Shown here: positions 9,059-16,817 of the stretch, piece after piece
How positions within the stretch are numbered: position 1 is the first letter of the stretch
How the letters are laid out: every line of letters begins with the position of its first letter
Assembly (NCBI GenBank): GCA_041572575.1
Contig: JBFFSH010000045.1
Coordinates: 1 to 19,846 of the forward strand
From: Thermodesulfobacteriota bacterium
GTDB lineage: Bacteria; Desulfobacterota_D; UBA1144; Nemesobacterales; N074bin48
DNA: 19,846 nucleotides
Direction of reading: 5' to 3'
Translations under genes and position numbers: made by a program
Notes under the pieces: model-generated
Databases searched by the model: none
Told to the model about the DNA's origin: nothing
What the model saw: only the letters and a program-made list of their open reading frames with translations

Positions 9059-11485
9059 CTAATTAAAGCTCATGGGATCTATATCAAAACCAAATCTTAT
9101 TCCCACTGGAAACTTGGCAAGCCTTAGAGCCTTTTGCAGGCCCTTTGCAAACTTGTGCAATTCTTTTGGATCAGAGGATTTTATAAGAAGCTGCCACCGG
9201 TATTTATTTTTTATCTTACTGATCGGGCAGGGAGAAGGACCAAGAATCTCTATGGAATCCAGAGGAAATTTCTGGAGAAGTTTTGATGCGATTGCTCTTG
9301 TAGTATTAGCGATACCCGATGTCTGACTGTCCGTTCTTGCCGTAAATTTAATATTAACAAGTTTTGCAAAAGGGGGATAGCCAAGAGCAGAGCGCAGTTT
9401 TAGCTCATTTTTTAAAAAGCTAATAGAGTCCTGCCCGGCGGCAAATTTAATAACAGAGTTATCAGGTTTTAGCGTCTGAACTATTACCCTGCCTTCCTTA
9501 CTTCCCCTGCCAGCCCTGCCAGAGACCTGGGTAAGCAGCTGGAAAGTCCTCTCACCTGCCCTGAAATCAGGAATAGAAAGTGACATATCGGCAGATATTA
9601 CCCCCACAAGTGTCACTCCCGCCAGGTCATGTCCCTTTGCTACCATCTGTGTTCCAATAAGAACATCAATTTCATTTTTTTGAAGTTTATTATATAGATC
9701 AATTAATCCTTTTTTACCCCTCACTTCATCCCTGTCCATTCTTGCGCACCTTGCATCGGGCACAATCTGTTTTATTTCCTCTTCGACCTTTTGCGTTCCA
9801 ATTCCATATTCAATAAGTAAATTTCCGCATTTAAGGCATTTATTAAATTTGCCTTCATCAAGACCACAGTAGTGACATTTTACAGAGCTGTCTGATTTGT
9901 GAAAAGTAAGGGTAATGCTGCAGTTGGGACACTCCAAAGTCTCTCCACATGCCCTGCATACTAATACCGATGAAAACCCACGCCTGTTTAAAAAAATTAT
10001 TGTCTGATTTCCACTGCTAAAATTTTCCCAAATAGCTTTTCTTAATGGCTCTGATATGACTATGTTTTTTTCCTTTTTAATATCAACAATTTCAACCCTT
10101 GGCATTGTGCTGTTTGTAGCTCTTAGCGGAAGGCTTAGATATTTAACCTTCTCTTTTAAAGAATTTGAATAGGTTTCAACCGAGGGGGTGGCTGAACCCA
10201 GCACAACAACAGATCTATAAATCTTACCAAGCACGAGCGCTAAGTCGCGGGCATTGTAGTGAGGGGATTCTTCTTGTTTATACGACTGCTCATGCTCTTC
10301 ATCAACTACTATTATTCCAAGGTTTTTAAATGGTGCAAAAATGGAAGACCTTGCCCCTATGGCAATCTTTATCTTCCCTTCAGAAATCTTCTGCCAGGAG
10401 TCAAACCTCTCACTTTCATTAACCGCGCTGTGGAGTACTGCTATTTTATTTCCAAATCTTGCCTTGAATCTTTTTACAAGCTGAGGGGTAAGAGAGATTT
10501 CTGGTACAAGCACAAGAGCTTCCCTGCCTTTGTTTAAAACATGCTGGGTAGCCTGCAAGTAAACCTCCGTTTTACCACTGCCTGTAACCCCGTGGAGAAG
10601 GAATGGGGAAAATGATTTGCTGTTGCTTGCGCTTTTAAGTTCTTTTAGGCACAACTTCTGATCAACATTAAGCTCAACGGGTTTTTCTCTTGTAATTTTA
10701 ATCTCTGAGTAAGGATCGCGTATCAGTTCTTTTGTTTCTATTTCTATATACCCGTTTTCTTCAAGCCACTTTAAGTGTCCGGAAAGATTGCCAAACACTT
10801 CTTTTAGCTGGGGGTACTCAATGTTTTCATTTCTCAATATATATTCGAGAATCTTTGCCTTAGCGGGCCGTTTTTTGCAAATTATGTCAAATAATTCTTT
10901 ATTCCTGCTCTTATCGGAAGATGTAATGAATCTTTCGGTTTTTAAATAGGATTTTCTGTCCAGAGCATATTCAGTCTGTACTAAATTCTTTAATTTAAGC
11001 TTATTTATAACGGCGTTTGTACTGCCCTGCACTATCTCCAATATTTTATTTATGCTTAAACTTCCTGCACTAAGTGCGTTTAGTATTTGAAGCTCTGTAA
11101 GGTCTGTAGCCTCCGAATCAAGAGCGGATTTTCCCTGCTCGGTTATGCTGATCACCTTATTTACATTCAGGCCAAGCCCCCCGGGATGGGCCGACTTTAG
11201 AATCATACCTATGGGCGCAAGATAGTAATCTGAAATCCATTTAAAAAAAGAAAGTCTTTTCTTGTCAAAAAGCGGCTTTTCATCCAGTACATCAATGATA
11301 TTTTTTAACTTTATATCAGCCGGTGGTTTTTCAAGACCTATTACATACCCGATAGCCTTCCTGCTCTTAATCGGCACAAGTACCCTGTGCCCCAGCGCAA
11401 CCAGGTCTTTTAGATCATCCGGTATCCGGTAATGATAGTGCTCAGAATTGGGAATAGGAAAAGCTACTTTGGCCGCTCGTTTCAT
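9059..11485 (-). CDS. priA: Primosomal protein N' (replication restart helicase)
   Basis: GVTGSGKTEVY, LVPEISLTPQ, VDEEHEQSYKQ, GSATPS, LNRRGF, four CxxC pairs, GTQMVAKGHD, DFRAGERTFQLLTQVSGRAGR, YPPF and DIDP. Confidence 0.97.
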   Translation of the reverse strand: MKRAAKVAFPIPNSEHYHYRIPDDLKDLVALGHRVLVPIKSRKAIGYVIGLEKPPADIKLKNIIDVLDEKPLFDKKRLSFFKWISDYYLAPIGMILKSAHPGGLGLNVNKVISITEQGKSALDSEATDLTELQILNALSAGSLSINKILEIVQGSTNAVINKLKLKNLVQTEYALDRKSYLKTERFITSSDKSRNKELFDIICKKRPAKAKILEYILRNENIEYPQLKEVFGNLSGHLKWLEENGYIEIETKELIRDPYSEIKITREKPVELNVDQKLCLKELKSASNSKSFSPFLLHGVTGSGKTEVYLQATQHVLNKGREALVLVPEISLTPQLVKRFKARFGNKIAVLHSAVNESERFDSWQKISEGKIKIAIGARSSIFAPFKNLGIIVVDEEHEQSYKQEESPHYNARDLALVLGKIYRSVVVLGSATPSVETYSNSLKEKVKYLSLPLRATNSTMPRVEIVDIKKEKNIVISEPLRKAIWENFSSGNQTIIFLNRRGFSSVLVCRACGETLECPNCSITLTFHKSDSSVKCHYCGLDEGKFNKCLKCGNLLIEYGIGTQKVEEEIKQIVPDARCARMDRDEVRGKKGLIDLYNKLQKNEIDVLIGTQMVAKGHDLAGVTLVGVISADMSLSIPDFRAGERTFQLLTQVSGRAGRGSKEGRVIVQTLKPDNSVIKFAAGQDSISFLKNELKLRSALGYPPFAKLVNIKFTARTDSQTSGIANTTRAIASKLLQKFPLDSIEILGPSPCPISKIKNKYRWQLLIKSSDPKELHKFAKGLQKALRLAKFPVGIRFGFDIDPMSFN

Positions 11486-11678
11486 TAGTTTGATTAATCA
11501 GTAGACATTAGATTATGATTACTTTACCTAATTACAAGCGGAGTTATAGAAGCAGGCCAGACAAATTGTAATATTCTATAAACGTTGTTTCTCGCTTAAA
11601 AATATAATGTAAAAATTGGAAGAATAGGGGAATTTATAGAAATAATAAATAATATCTTTTAAAAAGTATTGATCGCTT

Positions 11679-12302
11679 TTATTTTGAAGGCCAATACTTG
11701 TTAATAAACTGATCCCTGCCTGAGCCTTTTCTGTATGCATAGTAGCCAACAGGGCTCTTCTTGTAGTATTTCTGGTGATATTCCTCGGCTTTCCAAAATG
11801 TCGTAGCCTCCGTTATGGGAACCACTACCGGTCTATCAAACCTGCCCGAGTTATTAAGTTTTTCCTTAGAGTTTTTAGCAATGATCCTCTGCTCTTCACT
11901 ATGATAAAAGATTTCAGGCCTGTACTGCGAGCCCCTGTCTACAAACTGACCTCCCAGGTCTGTCGGATCAATATTCATCCAGAAAACTTCTAGAAGCTTA
12001 TCATAGCCGACTACCGTGGGATCATAAATTACTTCAATTGCCTCAGTGTGTGTGGTCTTGCCATAGGCAACCTGTTTATATGTGGGGTTTTGCTCTTTTC
12101 CACCCGTATAACCTACAGTTGTCTTTATAACCCCTTCGAGCTTGTCATATGGCGGCTGCACGCACCAAAAACAGCCTCCTGCAAATGTTGCCTTTTCATA
12201 TACCTCTAAATTTACTTCTACATCCTCATCATCCCCTGAAAGAATGGCCGGCAGGGAATAAAGAATGGCAAATACACATAGAATTCCCACTATTTTTTTC
12301 AT
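11679..12302 (-). CDS. msrA: Peptide-methionine (S)-S-oxide reductase with N-terminal export signal
   Basis: ATFAGGCFWC, GYTGG, NPTYKQV, HTEA, GQFVDRGSQYR and AEEYHQKYY. Start moved from the TTG at 12314 to ATG 12302, 6 nt after GGAG; hydrophobic leader MKKIVGILCVFAILYSLPAILSG. Confidence 0.93.
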   Translation of the reverse strand: MKKIVGILCVFAILYSLPAILSGDDEDVEVNLEVYEKATFAGGCFWCVQPPYDKLEGVIKTTVGYTGGKEQNPTYKQVAYGKTTHTEAIEVIYDPTVVGYDKLLEVFWMNIDPTDLGGQFVDRGSQYRPEIFYHSEEQRIIAKNSKEKLNNSGRFDRPVVVPITEATTFWKAEEYHQKYYKKSPVGYYAYRKGSGRDQFINKYWPSK

Positions 12303-12359
12303 CATTATCTCCAAAATTTATATATATGAGACTAGATTAACGAATAAGGATGCAAATAT

Positions 12360-13475
12360 CTAGCTTACAATAAAATAAACAATGGAAGAAAAAAGAGCTG
12401 CTACAGGAAGGGTTATAAACCAGGCAAAAATAATAGTACGTATTACTTTCCAACGGCCCTGTTTTGTAACTGCTCCCAGCCCAAACAGGCTTCCGCAGGA
12501 AACATGAGTCGTAGACACGGGAATACCAAATTTAGAGGCCACGGTAACCAAAAGTGCTGTTATCAGGTTTGCTGTAAATCCCTGACCATGATTCATGGGC
12601 ACGATCTTATCACTCATGGTAGAGGCCACTTTCTTTGCGCTTAGAAGTCCTCCACAAGCTATAGCCACCCCTACTATGACCATGGCAAGCTTAAGATCAA
12701 TACCCACAGCCTTTGCCGATACTAAAAGTGCAACTATTTTTGGCGTGTCATTGAGACCCCTTGCAAAACTCACCATCCCGGATGACAAAAAATGCAGCCA
12801 GTCTAAAACAGTCTGGGCACCAATACCCAGGAGTTTTCCATTATACCTCTGTTCACAATCATCCAGATTGCCAGCAGCAATCTGAATCCCAGAACTTTTT
12901 AGCACTACAGAGCCGTCTGTTCTCATCATCACAGGCGCATATGAACCTTCAGATACACACACACAGGTTTGTCTTTCAACACCAAGGGTCTGTCTTGTTT
13001 TTTTAAATACAGGATATACAAGAGCTGTGAGACCAAAACTCAGAAATGGACTTACAGCCAGAGGCAAAAAGAAGCTTTGTCCCAGATTAGATAAATTTAC
13101 GCTTCCTACAGATGCTATACCTGCTCCGACTAGGGCACCTATAAGAGAATGTGTGGTCGAAACAGGAATTCCAATAACTGTTGCAAGCATTACGGTACTA
13201 GCTGCACCCAGTCCTATAGAAATTACAAATGAGGTGTTTGAAATTACCTCGGGTGATACAAGCCCCTTGCCACTGAAGGCACTGATAAGTCCATTTGATA
13301 AATATATCGAAAAGAGCGATCCAAAAAACGTAGTGGCAGTTGCCCAGTATAGTGCTTTTTTGTAGTCAAGAGTTCTACTTCCAAAAAGCGTAGCAACCCC
13401 TTTAAAATTATCATTTGCTCCGTTGCTGTATGCTAGAAAAATAACCGCAACTACTATAAATATTGCAAGTTCCAT
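12360..13475 (-). CDS. PiT family inorganic phosphate/anion transporter
   Basis: Two PiT repeats (NGANDNFK...GIPVSTTHSLIG and GLNDTPK...GIPVSTTHVSCG) with many TM helices. Confidence 0.9.
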   Translation of the reverse strand: MELAIFIVVAVIFLAYSNGANDNFKGVATLFGSRTLDYKKALYWATATTFFGSLFSIYLSNGLISAFSGKGLVSPEVISNTSFVISIGLGAASTVMLATVIGIPVSTTHSLIGALVGAGIASVGSVNLSNLGQSFFLPLAVSPFLSFGLTALVYPVFKKTRQTLGVERQTCVCVSEGSYAPVMMRTDGSVVLKSSGIQIAAGNLDDCEQRYNGKLLGIGAQTVLDWLHFLSSGMVSFARGLNDTPKIVALLVSAKAVGIDLKLAMVIVGVAIACGGLLSAKKVASTMSDKIVPMNHGQGFTANLITALLVTVASKFGIPVSTTHVSCGSLFGLGAVTKQGRWKVIRTIIFAWFITLPVAALFSSIVYFIVS

Positions 13476-13600
13476 GTGTTAATAACCAATTAATGTAAAT
13501 AGGATGAATAAAACCGGAAAAAAGATGCAATTTACTTAAGTAATTAAAAAAAGGTACTTATTCAGCAGGACATCTTCAAAAATCAGTAATTTCTATTATG

Positions 13601-14398
13601 TTATTGACAGATTTCCTTGCATTCTGCCATTGACTCAAATGGGACTACACCACCACAGCCACTCCAGATAAATGAGCTGCAGTTACCGCCTTCTGGATAA
13701 AAGAAATACTTCATAATAAACTCTTCACAAGTTCCGGGATCAGGCTTTATATAGCACCTTTCATCCAAATTGTCATATTTATCCGTATCTGCATAGTTTG
13801 TATCAGCGGCACGGTTGTTGTTATCCGAGTGTTTTCTGTTATCTGAATCTCTTTGCTGCTGTCTTATGTTATCTGTATCATTATTATGTTTTTTATTTGA
13901 TGATGTATTGGTTTTAGCAGCATTGCTACGGTTGTTATTATTATCGTTATTCGAACTGGAGCTACTCTTATCAGTTTTATCTGCTGATGGATTTACAGTT
14001 TCTATACTGCTGTCGAGCTCTAATATGCGGTCAAGCGTCATCTTTATAAGACAGTTTTTAAGAAGTTCACTTGAGCCCGAACCTGGAAATGACTTATCAA
14101 AATACCAGTTACAGTTTGTTTTTCTATAAATTAGATATGACTGCTGGGAGAGATTAAATGATCTGATTGGATATATTTGGTTTGATTTTATGCTTTTTTG
14201 TTCCATCTTCTTACGAATTTCCAAGACTTTGTTGTCCAGACTTGCCTCAGCTTTCTTAAGCTTTGCATCAAGACATTTGGAAAGTTCTTTTTTATTTTCA
14301 GATTCTTTATTGCATTCACTAAGTGGTGAAGAATTGGAAATGCAGGGAATAATCAATACAGCAAGAAGTAGAAGACCTGGTAAAATATTTTTTATCAT
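13601..14398 (-). CDS. Secreted LprI/DUF1311-like domain + Asn/Ser/Asp-rich linker + C-terminal Kunitz/BPTI domain protein
   Basis: Signal peptide; aa 29-128 show C29/C42/C96/C116 with SQQSYLIYRKTNC, GSG and CLIKMTLDRILEL (DUF1311 pattern); aa 215-265 show six Cys in Kunitz spacing. Confidence 0.8.
   Translation of the reverse strand: MIKNILPGLLLLAVLIIPCISNSSPLSECNKESENKKELSKCLDAKLKKAEASLDNKVLEIRKKMEQKSIKSNQIYPIRSFNLSQQSYLIYRKTNCNWYFDKSFPGSGSSELLKNCLIKMTLDRILELDSSIETVNPSADKTDKSSSSSNNDNNNNRSNAAKTNTSSNKKHNNDTDNIRQQQRDSDNRKHSDNNNRAADTNYADTDKYDNLDERCYIKPDPGTCEEFIMKYFFYPEGGNCSSFIWSGCGGVVPFESMAECKEICQ
13757..14014 (-). repeat. Low-complexity, imperfectly duplicated linker-coding segment
   Basis: AAT/AAC/GAT-rich; peptide echoes DNNNNRSNAAKTN vs DNNNRAADTN and NKKHNND vs NRKHSDN. 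Confidence 0.55.
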
Positions 14399-14584
14399 TT
14401 TTTTTCTTGGTATATAGATTGGATATTTATCCCGTTATTTTATACATTTAACCATTAAGAGTAAAGAAATTAGATGCACTCACTGATTGGTATTTAAAAT
14501 AAAACAACGCAGCATAATAATTATTAAACCGCTTAGCAGTTTTTTTGTTTCAATAACATATTATCAATAAAAGAATAAAACTAT

Positions 14585-14929
14585 TTAGGCCTCTTTTAGT
14601 ATCTGCATTGCCTTATCCATATCATCTTCGATTGGAATTAGCTTATCAAAACCCACTGATGTAAGAATTTCCAGCACCTGGGCAGTCGGTTTATAGAGTA
14701 CGAGCTTTGCATTCTTGCTTTTAAGCGTCTTTGCACAGCTTAAAAACATTCTAAGTCCGAGTGAGGCTATAAACTCAAGCTTGCTTAAATCAATGAGACT
14801 AGGCTTTGCCTTTGCGGCTACAAGTGTAGTAAATTTAAGCTCCACCTGTTCTACTCCCTTAAGGTCTAACCGTCCTATAAGTTCCAGATGTGTAATACTT
14901 TCATCAGTTGTTATTTCTTTTATTTCCAT
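14585..14929 (-). CDS. STAS domain anti-sigma-factor antagonist
   Basis: LIGRLD, LIDLSKLEFIASLGLR (phospho-acceptor Ser retained) and VLEILTSVGFDKLIPI; 114 aa. Confidence 0.9.
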   Translation of the reverse strand: MEIKEITTDESITHLELIGRLDLKGVEQVELKFTTLVAAKAKPSLIDLSKLEFIASLGLRMFLSCAKTLKSKNAKLVLYKPTAQVLEILTSVGFDKLIPIEDDMDKAMQILKEA

Positions 14930-14976
14930 AATACACTTCCCAGTATATATAAAATTTGTTAATACAATATTTAAGA

Positions 14977-16386
14977 TTATTTCAAAGTTCCTACATCATT
15001 CAATCCGGGTATCTGCACATCTGCAAATCCACTCTTCAGTAAAGCTTCCCTGAAAATTTCCTGTCTGTCTAATTCGCCATGTACTAAAAATATGTTTTTA
15101 AGCCTGGTGCGGTCTAGGTTATCAAGATACTCAAGCATCTCATCCTGGTCACCATGAGCGCTGTATGAATCAACAACTTCTACTGATGCCTTTACCTTTT
15201 TTGTCTCTCCAAAAATTTTTATTTTTTTATCGCCCCTTCTAACTCTTGCGCCAAGAGTATGGGGAGCACAGTATCCCACGATGAAAATCGTGTTTTTACT
15301 ATTATCAATATTATGAAAAATATGATGCATGATCCTGCCGCCTGTCATCATCCCCGAGGCGCTAATGATAATACAAGCCTCGTCACTGCGGTTAAGTCTT
15401 TTAGATTCCTCTACGCTTCTTACATATTTTAGATTATTAAATCCAAACGGGTTTGGATCCATAAGCATATATTCCAGTATATCAGCATCAAAACAGTCGG
15501 GATGAAGCTGGAAAATCTCGGTAGCATTTACAGATAGAGGGCTGTCAACATAGACAGGTATATGTGGAAGCTTTCCCTCGGTCTCAAGCCTATCAAGCGT
15601 GTATACGATTTCCTGAGTTCTTCCTACGCTAAATGCAGGAATTATGAGCTTTCCTTTATTTTCTATACAAGTATGTTGAATGGTTTTAAGCAATCCCTCA
15701 ATATCTTTTGGAAGCGAATTATGCCTGCGCCCGCCGTAGGTCGATTCACAAATCAGATAGTCCAGATCATCCATTGGCATAGGGTTTCTTATAATTGGCC
15801 TGTTTGGCCTGCCTATGTCTCCACTAAAACCGATCCGCTTATTATTTCCGTCTTTATCTTTGAGATCAAGCGTAATGCTGGCGCTGCCAAAAATGTGACC
15901 GCTGTCTCTGAATTCAAGAACTATATCCTCTCTAATTTTATACTTGATACCGTAACTAATACCCACAAACATCTCTATTGCAGGAACTATGTCATAAGAT
16001 GTATAAAGCGGTTCAGCAGTTTCGGGCAGTTTCTTTTTTCTTCTCTTTTTATTTATATACTTAGCATCATTTTCCTGTATCTTGGCACTGTCCATAAGCA
16101 TAACTGCACATAGATCCCTTGTAGCCGCGGTTGAATAAATTTTTCCCTTAAACCCGTCTTTAACAAGTTTGGGGATTCTGCCACAGTGATCGATATGTGC
16201 ATGGGAAAGAATAAGACAGTCAATTTCAGCAGGGTCAAAAAACCACTTGCTGTTATAATCGTTAAATTCCTCTTCCCTTCCCTGATAGAGACCGCAATCC
16301 AAAAGTATCTTATAGCCGTCATCAAGGGTTAATAGATGACTGCTCCCTGTCACTGTCCTTGCAGCACCGCAGAATTTTATCTCCAT
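14977..16386 (-). CDS. Metallo-beta-lactamase fold beta-CASP ribonuclease (YSH1/TTHA0252-like)
   Basis: GAARTVTGS, LLDCGLYQG, SHAHIDHCG, SGHIFGSA, FSGDIG, ESTYG, PAFSVGRTQE, DSPL, SASGM, SAHGD and LVHGE. Confidence 0.92.
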   Translation of the reverse strand: MEIKFCGAARTVTGSSHLLTLDDGYKILLDCGLYQGREEEFNDYNSKWFFDPAEIDCLILSHAHIDHCGRIPKLVKDGFKGKIYSTAATRDLCAVMLMDSAKIQENDAKYINKKRRKKKLPETAEPLYTSYDIVPAIEMFVGISYGIKYKIREDIVLEFRDSGHIFGSASITLDLKDKDGNNKRIGFSGDIGRPNRPIIRNPMPMDDLDYLICESTYGGRRHNSLPKDIEGLLKTIQHTCIENKGKLIIPAFSVGRTQEIVYTLDRLETEGKLPHIPVYVDSPLSVNATEIFQLHPDCFDADILEYMLMDPNPFGFNNLKYVRSVEESKRLNRSDEACIIISASGMMTGGRIMHHIFHNIDNSKNTIFIVGYCAPHTLGARVRRGDKKIKIFGETKKVKASVEVVDSYSAHGDQDEMLEYLDNLDRTRLKNIFLVHGELDRQEIFREALLKSGFADVQIPGLNDVGTLK

Positions 16387-16397
16387 AGTTTGCCCTA

Positions 16398-16814
16398 TTA
16401 TAAACCAATCCTGTTTGTTAATCTATTTAATGAACTTTGGAATGTGAATATTACTATGATTCCGGAAATCATAAAATTAATAACCATTTTAGAGTCATAA
16501 AAAGTAATCTCCTGAATATTCCCATCTGCAATAATGCTTGCATAAGTAAAATATGGAAGAAGGAAGCTAATGAATAATATTAGAAGATTAATTATGCTTT
16601 CAATAAAACCAATTACTAAGGAATAACCCTCATATCTATAGATAAGAAATGCACAGATAAGGCAGAATATATAATAAACAGTTTTATAAGAACCATAATT
16701 TTGCAGACCTGAAACCCTGACATTAAAACCAAACAAATAATCTGAAAGAATAAATATAGGGGTAAAATAATAAAATATTGTTAGAATATATTCTTTTCCA
16801 GAATTAAATCTCAT
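16398..16814 (-). CDS. Hypothetical integral membrane protein (about 4 TM)
   Basis: 138 aa with four hydrophobic stretches; 3-nt and 11-nt gaps to same-strand neighbours. Confidence 0.7.
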   Translation of the reverse strand: MRFNSGKEYILTIFYYFTPIFILSDYLFGFNVRVSGLQNYGSYKTVYYIFCLICAFLIYRYEGYSLVIGFIESIINLLILFISFLLPYFTYASIIADGNIQEITFYDSKMVINFMISGIIVIFTFQSSLNRLTNRIGL

Positions 16815-16817
16815 AGG

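Noticed and set aside
9072..10537. + strand ORFs 9072-9326 and 10259-10537
   Set aside because: Antisense shadows of priA.
11491..11500. Palindrome TGATTAATCA just upstream of priA
   Set aside because: Only 10 bp and AT-rich; expected by chance.
11775..13365. + strand ORFs opposite msrA and the PiT gene
   Set aside because: Antisense shadows of well-supported genes.
13757..14014. Possible CRISPR or tandem-repeat array
   Set aside because: Repeats are short, degenerate, in-frame coding and lack a repeat-spacer period.
14340..14398. Possible lipoprotein signal (IIPC) in the LprI-Kunitz protein
   Set aside because: Pro at -1 does not fit the lipobox; a standard Sec signal is more likely.
13815..14417. 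Leu-rich + strand ORFs resembling membrane or signal peptides
   Set aside because: Artefact of reading the Asn/Lys-rich codons of the LprI-Kunitz gene in reverse.
14715..16325. ORFs 14715-15053, 15562-16113 and 16053-16325
   Set aside because: Overlap the STAS and beta-CASP genes antisense or out of frame; no motifs.
14977..16386. MBL nuclease as an anti-phage defence gene or beta-lactamase
   Set aside because: Motifs match the widespread housekeeping beta-CASP RNase family, and there is no defence-type neighbour.
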